From a virus: 64,000 bases of DNA. This document shows, in pieces, positions 27,673 to 37,931 of this stretch. Both the position numbers and the translations under genes were made by a program. The notes beneath the pieces were generated by a model. The model was given only the letters and a program-made list of their open reading frames with translations. It was not told the origin of the DNA and searched no databases. The stretch is from IMG/VR virus record IMGVR_UViG_3300037485_001282, positions 79,702 to 143,701 of that record. One strand, written 5' to 3'. Positions within the stretch are counted from its first letter, which is position 1. Each line of letters starts with the position of its first letter.

Positions 27673-28731
27673 ATGAGCGACAAAAATATTGCAGATAAAT
27701 TACTCGAATCCACTGACGCTGAATTGCTCTCTCCAGAAACCAAAGAGAAAGTTAATAGCATGATTGAGGCGAAAGTAGAGGCTAGATTAGCCGAAGCAAC
27801 AAAACAGTTAAAAGACAAAGAAAAGAACCTCAAGGCTTGGTTAGAAGAACAAAATAGACAATTGAAAGAAAAAGAAGCTGCATTAGAAGAAGTCGCTGAA
27901 TCATTCGCAAAACAATGTGCAGATGAAATGATCCAAAAAGAAGCGATCATGTTTGAGTCTTTACAGGAACTAAAGCAAAGATCCGAAGAAATTGTCGCTG
28001 AATCTTGTGCTGAATTTAAAAAGAATATTTTAGAAACCACTCTTCAAGAATGCGGAGAATACAAATCAGCAATCGAAGAAGAAACAATAACACATATCTC
28101 GGAATACAAAAAATTGCAAGAGGCGGCTCTTGCTAAAGAAGTTGATAATGCTAAGGCAACTATAGTTGACCGTATGAGTAAGTATTTAGATACTAAAGTA
28201 CAAGACGCTATTCCAGCCAAAGTAATGGAAGCCGCTGTAGAAGTTGCTGCATATAGACCCTTGGTTGAAAGTATGATCAAGACTTTCGCACAAGGTTATG
28301 TCAAATTTGATTCGACTGGTTATACAGCGATCAAAGAGGCAAAAGCAGAGGCATTAAAACTTTCGGAAAGCGTAACAGCTAAATCGAAAGATAACGTGAG
28401 GTTAGCAGCTAAGGTTAAAGAACTAGAAAGATCGCAGAAAATTCTTTCATTGTGTGAAAGTCTAACTGCAAAACAACGAGTCCAGGCCAAGATACTCTTA
28501 GAGAAAGTCGAAACTGATAATCTCGATGAAGCCTTCAATAAAATGAAGAAAAATCTAATCGAAGAGTCAGTGAGAGTTCAGCCCCAGGCTCAAAAAATTA
28601 CTGAATCTGCTAAAAAGCAATTGGAAAAAATCCAAGAATCAGTAATCGCTCCAGACGCACCAGAAGCTTCAGATGTGTCATCTGAAATCTCTTCATGGGC
28701 AAAAGATCTTAATAGAAATTACGAAAAATAA
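27673..28731 (+). CDS. gp22: Prohead core scaffold protein
   Basis: Coiled-coil, E/K-rich, upstream of gp23; TATAAATA 27642-27649 and AAAGGA RBS give ATG 27673. Confidence 0.85.
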   Translation: MSDKNIADKLLESTDAELLSPETKEKVNSMIEAKVEARLAEATKQLKDKEKNLKAWLEEQNRQLKEKEAALEEVAESFAKQCADEMIQKEAIMFESLQELKQRSEEIVAESCAEFKKNILETTLQECGEYKSAIEEETITHISEYKKLQEAALAKEVDNAKATIVDRMSKYLDTKVQDAIPAKVMEAAVEVAAYRPLVESMIKTFAQGYVKFDSTGYTAIKEAKAEALKLSESVTAKSKDNVRLAAKVKELERSQKILSLCESLTAKQRVQAKILLEKVETDNLDEAFNKMKKNLIEESVRVQPQAQKITESAKKQLEKIQESVIAPDAPEASDVSSEISSWAKDLNRNYEK

Positions 28732-28780
28732 AATTTCTATTATAAATAGTATTTAACCTTAAAAGGAAAAAGGAAAAATC

Positions 28781-30193
28781 ATGAATCACAAGTTAGCAGA
28801 ATCTTTAATCAAAAAGTGGAAACCCATGTTGGGCCACATTCGTTCTAGTCAGAAGCAAGCACACACTGCTGCTCTTCTCGAACAAGAACATCGTTATTTC
28901 AACAACAAGCTCAGCGAAGCTTATGGTGGAGCAACTGTATCTGGTCCTGGTGGGGCTGGTACTCTTGATTCAACCGCAAGTTGCGACGGCACCGCTGGTA
29001 TCGCTCGTTTCAAGCAAATCGCTATGCCTTTAGTTGCTCGCGTGTTCCCAGAACTCGTTACCAACGACTTGGTTGGCGTTCAACCAATGTTTACCCCAGT
29101 TGGTCTTGCTTATGCTCTTCGTTATCGTTATCAAACCACTGCTGGCGGCGCTACTGCTGGTCAGGAAGCTGGTTATAACACCGTTAACGCTCTCTTCTCA
29201 GGTTCAAGTCCTGCTTCAGCAACTGCTCTCCCCACCTCTGGTGATTTAGCAAGTGTAGCTGAATGGGCAACCCGTGTTGATAGTGGTAACATCCAAGGTG
29301 GCGATCAAGCACTTGGCAAGCGCGGTGGATATGATACATTCGTTGGTGAAAAACTTGGCGAATCTTATATTTGTAATGACAGCCCAGATGGCATTCGCTA
29401 CATGGGTCTCTCAGTTGAAGCTCAGGAAATCGTTGCTAAGACCCGTAAATTAGCAGCACGTTGGACTCATGAAGCCCAACAAGATCTCCAGAACATGCAT
29501 CAGATCGACGTTGCACAAGAACTCAGCGACTTGCTTGCTTATGAAGTTGCTGCTGAAATTGATGCCGAAGTCAAGAACAACATCATCGAACTCTCGAAGC
29601 TCGGTGGCGTATTTACTTGGAACTACGGCACCGCTGGTGCAGCTAATGGTTCCGCTGATGGTCGTTGGGAACAAGAAAAATTCCGTACCCTCTACACTGT
29701 ATTGTTAAAAGCATCAAATGAAATTGCCGTTGCTACTCGTCGTGGCGCTGGTAACTTCGTCCTCGCATCCCCAGCCGTTGTTGCTGCTCTCGAAGCTCTC
29801 GAAGCTTTCGCCGCATCTTCAGTTGCTACACAGTTGACCACAGAAGTCTCTGGTGTTGCTAAGGTTGGTCAGATTGGTCGTTTCACTGTTTATCGTGACC
29901 AATTCGCTCGCGTTGACTACGCTGTTGTTGGTTATAAAGGCCCAAGAGACAATGACGCTGGTTTAGTCTATTGTCCTTACGTCCCACTCATGTTCGTTAA
30001 TGCAGTTGGACAAGATAGTTTCAACCCCCGAATTGGCGTTTTGACCCGTTATGGCATCGCTAACAACCTTTTCGGTTCTGAGAATTACTATCGTTATATT
30101 TTGATTCGTAACTTGGCAAATAGTTCACTCGCACCAAGTGTTCCTTCTTCAACTGGTTTTAGAACTGTAACAGATGGCACCAGCCCATTCTGA
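28781..30193 (+). CDS. gp23: Major capsid protein
   Basis: GVQPM..P.GL.YALR, AKTRKLAARW..E..QDL, EIDAE, YCPYVPL, FNPRIGVLTRYG; promoter 28741-28748. Confidence 0.98.
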   Translation: MNHKLAESLIKKWKPMLGHIRSSQKQAHTAALLEQEHRYFNNKLSEAYGGATVSGPGGAGTLDSTASCDGTAGIARFKQIAMPLVARVFPELVTNDLVGVQPMFTPVGLAYALRYRYQTTAGGATAGQEAGYNTVNALFSGSSPASATALPTSGDLASVAEWATRVDSGNIQGGDQALGKRGGYDTFVGEKLGESYICNDSPDGIRYMGLSVEAQEIVAKTRKLAARWTHEAQQDLQNMHQIDVAQELSDLLAYEVAAEIDAEVKNNIIELSKLGGVFTWNYGTAGAANGSADGRWEQEKFRTLYTVLLKASNEIAVATRRGAGNFVLASPAVVAALEALEAFAASSVATQLTTEVSGVAKVGQIGRFTVYRDQFARVDYAVVGYKGPRDNDAGLVYCPYVPLMFVNAVGQDSFNPRIGVLTRYGIANNLFGSENYYRYILIRNLANSSLAPSVPSSTGFRTVTDGTSPF

Positions 30194-30215
30194 TTAGTTT
30201 AATATTGTAGTGTTC

Positions 30216-30247
30216 AAAATAAGCCACCGCAAGGTGGCTTATTTTTT
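30216..30247 (+). terminator. Intrinsic terminator after gp23
   Basis: AAAATAAGCCACC-GCAA-GGTGGCTTATTTT + T. Confidence 0.92.
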
Positions 30248-30282
30248 GTCTATTTTTATTTTAATCGTTAAAAATAAATCCA

Positions 30283-30310
30283 TTGACTTTCGTCTTTTTA
30301 GGTTTATAAT
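30283..30310 (+). promoter_or_regulatory. Sigma70-type promoter
   Basis: TTGACT-N16-TATAAT. Confidence 0.75.
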
Positions 30311-30329
30311 TTGGCTTAAGGAAAATTTT

Positions 30330-32123
30330 ATGCCAAGACCAAGATCTTCTTTTGATGACTTTAAATACCTTTATGAAGGAACTAAATACGAGGTAGATAC
30401 TTCAAAGCATTTTACCGTAAACACGTCAATCACAATAACTTGTGATAAAGGACATAAGTTCCGTTCAAGCGTGACTAAGGTAAAATCTTTGGGGAAAGAT
30501 CCAAAAATATGCCCCCATTGCATAAATGAATCTAAAAACAATGAAGTAAGAATATCTTTCACCGATATTAGTGATTTTTTTAAAGAAACTAACTGGGAAG
30601 TAGTCTATGAAAACGATTTTTATAGTAAATGGGAAGGACGAATTACTCTAAAATGCAAAAACGATGGGAACATTCAGTATATAAAATCTATAAAATATTG
30701 GAACGATAATCGCACAATACCATTATGCGATAGATGCAAGGAAATAAACACCGAAAAGAAGTTAGGTGTTTTCTTAGAGAAACTAGAAGAAAAAGTAAAT
30801 ATCACTCATGAAAAAACAGAACTAAAGCCAGAATACACTGGGATTGATACTCTACCACCACAATTAAAGGAAAGATACTTAGCACAAACTCAGTGGAGAT
30901 TAATAGAATATATTAATACTAAAACTTTTGCTATTTTTCAATGCATCAAATGTGGCTTTATTAAAAAAGCACTACCATATAACTGTTTATTGGCGGTTAG
31001 AGATAGATGCGAGAATTGTATGAGAATTGAAATGAGAGATAATGTTTACAATAAAATGTATGAGCAGTGTAAAGAATCATTAATTTTACCAATAGAAAAC
31101 ACACCATATGTTGCACCGAGAGACTATATTCGTTTTAAATGTGAAAAATGCAATCACGAATTCGAACAGAAATGGTATAACATAAACAGCGAATGTGGTA
31201 GAAACAAATTAAGTTGTCCTAACTGTTTTAAGAACATAAAGCGAAAAGAGGAAACTGAATTTGCTGATTATATTAGAGAATTGGTAGGGGCAGATAAAGT
31301 AACCCAAGATACTAAAAAAATAATTGCTCCATATGAACTAGATGTATATATCGAAGAACTTAAATTAGCATTTGAATACTGTGGAAACATATGGCACTCA
31401 GAATTGTATAGAGATGATCCAGATGTTCATAAAAAGAAACATGAACTTTGTGAAACGAATGGAATTAGATTAATAACTTTATTTGCCGATGAATGGAAAG
31501 ATTCTAGGAACATCTGTGAGTCCAGAATTAAAAATCTGCTAGGTCTTCTAACAAATAAAATCCCAGCAAGAAAATGTGAAGTTAAAGAGGTAGATACTTC
31601 AGTAGCTTTAAGTTTCTGTGATGAAAATCACCTCCAAGGAAAAGGTCAGTGCCGAGAAGCATATGGTCTTTACTTTGAAGGTTCTTTAGTTTCTATAATG
31701 ACCTTTTCAGTTCCTTCTATTTCCAAATCTGGTTCAACTAGGAACTATGATTGGGAACTTAATAGGTTCTGTTCGAAACTAGATACCGTAGTTATTGGTG
31801 GTGCTAATAGGTTAATAGAAGCCTTTAAGGAAAAACACCAAGGACAGACTATAGTAACTTTTTGTGACTTAAGATGGGGAAACGGGAAAGTCTATGAGAA
31901 CATGGGATTTACTTTTGATTACAAGACAGATCCTAATTATTACTACGTAGGCGCTATAACTAACTGGAAGAGGAAGCACCGATTTAACTTTACTAGAGAG
32001 CGCCTTAGAGAGATCTTTAAAGTAACTGACGAGACTAAGACCGAGCGAATGATAGCAGAGGAAAATGAACTTTTTAGGATCTACGATTGTGGACATAATA
32101 GATACTCGTTGAAAATAAGTTAA
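30330..32123 (+). CDS. Free-standing homing endonuclease (zinc ribbons + Vsr/PD-(D/E)XK-like + Mom/GNAT-like domain)
   Basis: Multiple CxxC motifs; ELDVYI...AFEYCGNIWH; WELNRFC...TFCDLRWGNGKVYENMGF...IYDCG; start reassigned to 30330 (AAGGA RBS downstream of promoter). Confidence 0.8.
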   Translation: MPRPRSSFDDFKYLYEGTKYEVDTSKHFTVNTSITITCDKGHKFRSSVTKVKSLGKDPKICPHCINESKNNEVRISFTDISDFFKETNWEVVYENDFYSKWEGRITLKCKNDGNIQYIKSIKYWNDNRTIPLCDRCKEINTEKKLGVFLEKLEEKVNITHEKTELKPEYTGIDTLPPQLKERYLAQTQWRLIEYINTKTFAIFQCIKCGFIKKALPYNCLLAVRDRCENCMRIEMRDNVYNKMYEQCKESLILPIENTPYVAPRDYIRFKCEKCNHEFEQKWYNINSECGRNKLSCPNCFKNIKRKEETEFADYIRELVGADKVTQDTKKIIAPYELDVYIEELKLAFEYCGNIWHSELYRDDPDVHKKKHELCETNGIRLITLFADEWKDSRNICESRIKNLLGLLTNKIPARKCEVKEVDTSVALSFCDENHLQGKGQCREAYGLYFEGSLVSIMTFSVPSISKSGSTRNYDWELNRFCSKLDTVVIGGANRLIEAFKEKHQGQTIVTFCDLRWGNGKVYENMGFTFDYKTDPNYYYVGAITNWKRKHRFNFTRERLREIFKVTDETKTERMIAEENELFRIYDCGHNRYSLKIS

Positions 32124-32136
32124 AAGAAGGTATAAT
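32109..32136 (+). promoter_or_regulatory. Sigma70-type promoter
   Basis: TTGAAA-N16-TATAAT. Confidence 0.65.
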
Positions 32137-32156
32137 AGTTTTTTGAAAGGAACTCT

Positions 32157-32447
32157 ATGTCAGTTTTAATTAATAAAGTCAAATCGGAGAAGATAGCGAA
32201 GGGTCAGTTACTTTTTGAGCATCCAGCTACAAAGGTAAAGGAAAAGTCGCCTCAAGGAACTAAAAAGCCAGTTAAGAAGATACTGGAGCCAGAGACCGAG
32301 AAGGAACTTGAGCAGCTTTACGATACTATTTTGGGATTAGTAACTAATAGCGAATATTGGGCAACTGTATCTGACGTTGATTTAAAAGTCGCTTCTGAGT
32401 TAATTTTGGCTGAATATGAGAAGAGAGCAACTAAGGCTAAGGGGTGA
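32157..32447 (+). CDS. Hypothetical protein
   Basis: AAAGGA RBS, promoter upstream. Confidence 0.65.
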   Translation: MSVLINKVKSEKIAKGQLLFEHPATKVKEKSPQGTKKPVKKILEPETEKELEQLYDTILGLVTNSEYWATVSDVDLKVASELILAEYEKRATKAKG

Positions 32448-32450
32448 TCC

Positions 32451-32726
32451 ATGGAATTAAATCCAGTACAGAAGATGGACTTTGTTAATCCTAATAATGA
32501 ACGTGAGTTGCTAAATGCGTCTATAGCCAATGTAGAGGAAATGTTGGATGAATTGGCTACTGGATTACATTTAGCTGAGGATCGTCAATTAACTCTCATT
32601 AAAACTGGAGATATTAAGTCTTCTATTTATGATGATACCAAAGAAGCTATTGAGGATCTTAAAAGAGAAATCCACGACAATAAGATTGAATTGAAGCGAC
32701 TAAGGGATCTTAGAGCTAAAATTTAA
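32451..32726 (+). CDS. Hypothetical coiled-coil protein
   Basis: Tight packing with neighbours, GGGG RBS. Confidence 0.65.
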   Translation: MELNPVQKMDFVNPNNERELLNASIANVEEMLDELATGLHLAEDRQLTLIKTGDIKSSIYDDTKEAIEDLKREIHDNKIELKRLRDLRAKI

Positions 32727-32754
32727 ATTTCTATAAATAACAACTGGAGCAAAT

Positions 32755-33309
32755 ATGGCACTGGCAGTTTACAAACGAATTCGCCCAGACGCTTACCCAT
32801 TAAATATTGGTGGGCGTAGGGTTTATATTAAGGGTGGAGAAACGGTAGTAGTCGAACAGGCTCAGATGATGGGTGTGTCGGGCTTTGCTTTCGTTAGATT
32901 ATACAACGATGATAGACACTATGGGAAGCCAGAATCCTCCGTAACTGCTAATGTAAGAGTAAATAACTTAGAAAACCCACAAAATAGAAACTTTTCTTTT
33001 GAAATTCAGGAACTTAGGAACTTTAATACACAAGAAGTTCCTATTGAGTCTCTTAATAAAGCAACTTATGGTGTTCAAGAAGTTCCAGAAGTACCAAGAG
33101 TTGAGATAATTGAAGAGACTAATAAGGAACTAGGATTTTCTAAGGAAATAGTAGCACATTTGAAATCATTTGATAATAAGAAGTGGCTATCATTAAAGAA
33201 AGATGAAGTTATTAAGTTCTTTAAAGATGCTGGAGTTACTTTTGATCATATACCAAACGAAAAATGGGAACTTGTTAAATATTTGAAGACACTAATTAAG
33301 GAACTATAA
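32755..33309 (+). CDS. Hypothetical late protein
   Basis: TATAAATA 32732-32739, GGAG RBS. Confidence 0.65.
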   Translation: MALAVYKRIRPDAYPLNIGGRRVYIKGGETVVVEQAQMMGVSGFAFVRLYNDDRHYGKPESSVTANVRVNNLENPQNRNFSFEIQELRNFNTQEVPIESLNKATYGVQEVPEVPRVEIIEETNKELGFSKEIVAHLKSFDNKKWLSLKKDEVIKFFKDAGVTFDHIPNEKWELVKYLKTLIKEL

Positions 33310-34266
33310 ATGAAAGTCAGGACGAAGGAAGATTTAGCAATTTGGATTAGGCGATCATTAGGTGAGCCAACAGTGAATCTTCCCATTGCTCCTGAGCAAC
33401 TTGATGATTGCATAGATGAGGCTATAGAGTTCTTTACAGAGAGATGTACTGGTCATGGGTCCGAGGAAAGCTATATTGCTATATTGCCAGTGGTTAGGGC
33501 TATAGAGGCTGCTGGACTACCTTCTACAAACGCTAGAGTTAGTGGAAGTGCTCATGGGGTTGCTGAGATACTTTATCAAGCAGAATATCAACTACCAAGG
33601 AATGTTTTGGCTATTGGTGAGCCTTTAGATAATACTGCTACTACTCCAGCAATTAATGGACAATGGGTGACTGCTGGCGGTGGATATGCTTCTAATGATC
33701 CAATGTTAAATTTTGCATTTGCTTCGGCAGAAACATTCAATTCCCCAACTCTTGGTGGAATTGCTGGATCCGCTATGGCTGCTGGGTTGTTTTTCCCTGG
33801 AACCGTCTGGGCTGATTTCTCTGGATTTAACTCATATGGTTCAAGAGGTGGTTCCCGTGGTCAAGGTGGTGGAGTTGATTTAGTTACATATGAACTTGGC
33901 TTAGAATATATGGAAATGATGAAGCAACGTTATACCATTCATATGTCCTGTCAGTTTATGGAAGCGCAGAGAAAAGTTAGAATTTCTCCTAGACCAAATT
34001 GCTTTGGTATGTTAGTTATTCCTGTTTGGGTTCGTGTTGCTGATGCGGATCTTTATGATCATATTTGGATTCGTCGTTATGCAAGAGCATTAACTATGAG
34101 AAATATTGGTATGAATACTGGGTTCTTTACTGGCGCTAAATTTCCTGGTGGTGTTGAAATTAATTCTAAGAAATTCGAAGAAGAAGGCGAAAAAGAAATC
34201 GAAAAATTAGAACAACAGATAAAAGACTTCGATTATGGAGAACCTGGATCTTTCAGAATAGGCTGA
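33310..34266 (+). CDS. gp13: Neck protein
   Basis: RSLGEPTVNL...EQLDDCIDEAIEFF; WIRRYARAL...PGGVEIN. Confidence 0.92.
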   Translation: MKVRTKEDLAIWIRRSLGEPTVNLPIAPEQLDDCIDEAIEFFTERCTGHGSEESYIAILPVVRAIEAAGLPSTNARVSGSAHGVAEILYQAEYQLPRNVLAIGEPLDNTATTPAINGQWVTAGGGYASNDPMLNFAFASAETFNSPTLGGIAGSAMAAGLFFPGTVWADFSGFNSYGSRGGSRGQGGGVDLVTYELGLEYMEMMKQRYTIHMSCQFMEAQRKVRISPRPNCFGMLVIPVWVRVADADLYDHIWIRRYARALTMRNIGMNTGFFTGAKFPGGVEINSKKFEEEGEKEIEKLEQQIKDFDYGEPGSFRIG

Positions 34267-34284
34267 TTTTAGTTAGGGGAAATA

Positions 34285-35052
34285 ATGGCGGGACTAGATA
34301 ATCCACTTCAGTATAAGCAGTATTATAATCAGTTCTCTGGTCCTTGGAAGCAGAAGAATACTATAGAAATGTATGATAATGCATTGGCTCAGTATTTTGG
34401 TGTTTATGGTATTCCTATTGATTATTACCCAGTTGAAGTAAATTACAACAAAGATAGAATATTTGGCGAAGATACCGCTAAAAGATATATTCACAAGAGA
34501 CAGTTAACTTGTGTAGTTAAAGACGGTGCTTTTGAGGAAAATTTAGTTTATAATGGGTTCGGTGAAATAACTCAAGTAGAGTTTCAAATTTATATTCATT
34601 TACCTACGTTTAGAAAATTAGTAAATAGAGATCCTCTTGCTAGTGATAACTTTTATTTACCTAATAGTAGCAATATAGGCTATGAAGTAGTACATGTTGA
34701 CTGGATGACGTTGGGGCTTGATGGAAATATTTTCGGGCAAAAAAGTACTTATATTTTAACCTGTAAATCCAGAGAATATTCTGAAGAACAATATGGTCTT
34801 CTTGACCAAAGTGGTAATTTAATTTCTAATGCTCCAGCAGATGCATATGTTCCAGATGGATCCTTAAGAATACAAGATAAATATAATGTTCCAATTCCAA
34901 AGACAACTCAAGCAACTAATTCTAATGATAAGAATGCGTCAGATAACAACGAAATAGCAAATATTACTGAAGGAATAGAAAATCAAACAACTGGTGTTAG
35001 AGAGGGTGGGTTAACATTTAAGAAAAATAAGATTTACTGGGGCGATTGGTGA
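34285..35052 (+). CDS. gp14: Neck protein
   Basis: YGIPIDYYP...IFGED, YEVVHVD, YILTC; follows gp13. Confidence 0.85.
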   Translation: MAGLDNPLQYKQYYNQFSGPWKQKNTIEMYDNALAQYFGVYGIPIDYYPVEVNYNKDRIFGEDTAKRYIHKRQLTCVVKDGAFEENLVYNGFGEITQVEFQIYIHLPTFRKLVNRDPLASDNFYLPNSSNIGYEVVHVDWMTLGLDGNIFGQKSTYILTCKSREYSEEQYGLLDQSGNLISNAPADAYVPDGSLRIQDKYNVPIPKTTQATNSNDKNASDNNEIANITEGIENQTTGVREGGLTFKKNKIYWGDW

Positions 35053-35067
35053 ACTAAAGGAACTAAC

Positions 35068-35745
35068 ATGAAATCAGAGCTACTTATGCAAAAGAGAATA
35101 CTAAGTCTATTTAAAGAATCTAACGCTCTTAAAGGCGGACTAGCTGATGGGAAAACAGTAAACGATATTGCCAAGAAGCATAATGTTCCTATCGAAGTTA
35201 TTTTGCATCAGGAGCAACTAGGTCTTAGTGTAGAGAAGGAACACGCTGATGATATATATCTTCGTGGAGAGATAGTAAGAGATCACCTATGGGAAGATCC
35301 TTATTATTATGATAAACTCAGTAAAGCAAAATTAGAAAGTACTTCTGTTTTAGATGAAATGCCTTATTTTCACGATGTTCCTAGTGAAAACCACGTATCC
35401 TTAGATTTACAAATAGAAAAATTTGATATAAAGGAACTAAAATTAGCTTTAACTCAGTTATTCATGGGAGAAAAGCCATTTGGTGATAACATTAAACAAC
35501 CAGAAGTTATAATAGATGACCCCGATAAGTTCAAAGAAATGTTACTTAACTTCACCGATGATATAACCGAACCAGCAAATCAGTTCTTAGTCCAATTTAT
35601 AAGAAAATATAACCCATTTAATATATCATCTAAGTTTAGACCAAATGTAACATTAAAGAATATAACAAAGTACGAAAAGCAATATGTAGTAAATTACGTT
35701 AACCAAGCTTATTCAGATGCTATGGAAAATAAACATGTTAGATAA
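35068..35745 (+). CDS. Conserved phage protein (DUF5661-like N-terminal domain)
   Basis: GGLADGK...GLSVEKEH...DHLWEDPYYYDKL. Confidence 0.65.
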   Translation: MKSELLMQKRILSLFKESNALKGGLADGKTVNDIAKKHNVPIEVILHQEQLGLSVEKEHADDIYLRGEIVRDHLWEDPYYYDKLSKAKLESTSVLDEMPYFHDVPSENHVSLDLQIEKFDIKELKLALTQLFMGEKPFGDNIKQPEVIIDDPDKFKEMLLNFTDDITEPANQFLVQFIRKYNPFNISSKFRPNVTLKNITKYEKQYVVNYVNQAYSDAMENKHVR

Positions 35746-35953
35746 TATCAATAAGATTATAGCTAGTTACGATGAAGAGATAAAGATCTGCAAAAGCGCC
35801 TTAAAGGAACTAAAAGAAACTGATTTTGCTGAAATGATTCTCTATAAGACGCAACTAAGTGAAAAAAGAATGATACTCCAGACGCTAAAGAATTTAGTTC
35901 ACATCGATAGTTCCAGAGTAATTGATACCGAAAGAATATATAAGAAACCATGA
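35735..35953 (+). CDS. Hypothetical small protein
   Basis: Overlaps both neighbours by a few nt; start uncertain (35717 or 35735). Confidence 0.55.
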   Translation: MLDNINKIIASYDEEIKICKSALKELKETDFAEMILYKTQLSEKRMILQTLKNLVHIDSSRVIDTERIYKKP

Positions 35954-37347
35954 AGAATTTCTACTTTTCAAATATACTTTATAACGGAATTTCCAGCTTT
36001 GCCGATATATTCAATGATATGTCAGTTTGGGTCTATGATGCTGACGGAAGAGCAACTAGATCCAAGAAAGTTCCTGTAATTATCGCGCCAAAGGAAAAAG
36101 TAGTTTCTGCGTTAATGAAAGGAAATTTCGGAACTGATTCGAGTAACCAAGGAGTTACTATTGAAAACTATCTCCCACAGATTTCGATTTTCTGGAATAA
36201 CCTTTCTTTAGATACTGAAAGAATGGCTGGTCAGAGAAACCAAAGAAGATTATATACAGAAGTATCAGATAGAAACGAAGATGGTTGCGACGAAAGTTAC
36301 GTTCATACAGATATTAAAACGGTTCCCTATAAAATGGGATTTGAAGTTACTTTATGGACTAAGTACGAATCAGATATGGCGCAGTTACTAGAAAATATTC
36401 TTCCATTTTTCCACCCAGAAGCTTATGTAAGTATATATGAAAAAGGAGTAGGACTAGAAAGGCAATGTAAAGTAACTAAGGAAAGTGAAAGTTTAAACTT
36501 CACCTATGATCTAAACCAACCAGATAGAAGAGTTCTCCAATCAACGCTAACTTTCTCAATGGAAATAAACTTCTATAAACCAGAAAACCCAATAGCTAAA
36601 CCAATCCAAAAAATGTACATGAATATCGCAGAACCTAAAGAAAATGGTAAAGCCCACGGTGAGAAACTAGTAGTAGAAGCAGCTTCAGAACCTGGAATGT
36701 GCTTCCATGACTTAGATTCAAAAACAAGATCATTCATTAAAGAATTTAACCTAGAAGATCAAATATATACCTCACAATTTTACCCAGACGTAAATGGCAT
36801 AGTTCCTCAACCAAAAGAGATTCTACCAACTCACCTTCCTAAAGAATTCATAGATACTCTCCTTAGAAGAGATCCTAATTACGGTTCCCAAGATATTACC
36901 AACATAGTCACTACAGACAACGTTACTACCGATGAACTTCTAGTAACTAATATGAACGTAAAGAAATCTTCGATAATAAGTTCCTATGTAGTTACTCCTA
37001 ATGGTTTCCCTATATTAACTTCAAGTATCTCAAGAGTTGATACTGGGAAATTTACTATAAAATTATCAGAAGTTCCTACAAGCAACTTGTATAAGATAGT
37101 TTATAGAATAGAACCTATAGGCGACTTAATAGTTAATATTCCAATAGGCTCTAATACAGTCACTATAGTTAATGAGAGAATTAAAGCTACTTCAATCCCC
37201 GTTGTGCAAATATATAATACTACAGAAGCCCCTAATATTGCTATTGAGGGGATCTTAAGTATCTCTGATGGGAGTTTTTCAATTAGATTATCAAGTACCC
37301 CAGCAGTTGATGGTTATAAAGTTACTTGGTCAGTGGAGGAACCTTGA
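35950..37347 (+). CDS. gp15: Tail sheath terminator with C-terminal extension
   Basis: FADIFNDM, KVPVIIAPKEK, LPQIS, QLLENILPFFHP. Confidence 0.9.
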   Translation: MKNFYFSNILYNGISSFADIFNDMSVWVYDADGRATRSKKVPVIIAPKEKVVSALMKGNFGTDSSNQGVTIENYLPQISIFWNNLSLDTERMAGQRNQRRLYTEVSDRNEDGCDESYVHTDIKTVPYKMGFEVTLWTKYESDMAQLLENILPFFHPEAYVSIYEKGVGLERQCKVTKESESLNFTYDLNQPDRRVLQSTLTFSMEINFYKPENPIAKPIQKMYMNIAEPKENGKAHGEKLVVEAASEPGMCFHDLDSKTRSFIKEFNLEDQIYTSQFYPDVNGIVPQPKEILPTHLPKEFIDTLLRRDPNYGSQDITNIVTTDNVTTDELLVTNMNVKKSSIISSYVVTPNGFPILTSSISRVDTGKFTIKLSEVPTSNLYKIVYRIEPIGDLIVNIPIGSNTVTIVNERIKATSIPVVQIYNTTEAPNIAIEGILSISDGSFSIRLSSTPAVDGYKVTWSVEEP

Positions 37348-37871
37348 GTCAATTAGATGCTAGTATAAACGATATTCTTGACATTAAAGATACTATAGGA
37401 GACTTAGTTTCTGATAGCGAAACTGATACTAAAGTATCCGATGAAGAGAAACAGTTTAAAGAGAGAATGAAGAAAATAGAGCAACTTAAAGAAGAACTTA
37501 AGACAAAAAACTCTGTAGATGATGAAGAGTTTATTAAATCGTCACTTAAGAAAATAGTTAATCTTGGAGTTGTAGCTGCTGAGTCACTTGGAATGGAACT
37601 CGAAGCACATCCTGATGGTAGAGGAACTGAATGTTTAGCTACTGTGCTTAATGCAGCAACTACGGCTGTTAAGGAACTCAATAATGTAAACACTGATAAA
37701 GAGAAGATTAAAATATCTAGAGAAACTTTGGATATGAAAAAGATTAGTAACCCAGGTAATCAAAAAATAACTCAAAACAATAACTTCTTTGGTAACCCAT
37801 CAGATTTACTAGATATGATGAAAAAAGGCGCTATGAAAACGGTAGATGCTCAAGTAGAAAAGATTAGTTAG
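37344..37871 (+). CDS. gp16: Terminase small subunit
   Basis: Between gp15 and gp17; helical, HPDGR.TECLAT and ITQNNNFFG tail; TTG start at 37344 after GGAGGA. Confidence 0.75.
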   Translation: MSQLDASINDILDIKDTIGDLVSDSETDTKVSDEEKQFKERMKKIEQLKEELKTKNSVDDEEFIKSSLKKIVNLGVVAAESLGMELEAHPDGRGTECLATVLNAATTAVKELNNVNTDKEKIKISRETLDMKKISNPGNQKITQNNNFFGNPSDLLDMMKKGAMKTVDAQVEKIS

Positions 37872-37898
37872 ATTTAATAGTCAATAAAAGTAACTTAT

Positions 37899-37931
37899 AG
37901 GAACTACCAGTAACTTGGTAGTTCCTTTTTT
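37899..37931 (+). terminator. Hairpin/terminator between gp16 and gp17
   Basis: AGGAACTACCA-gtaact-TGGTAGTTCCT + T run. Confidence 0.75.
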
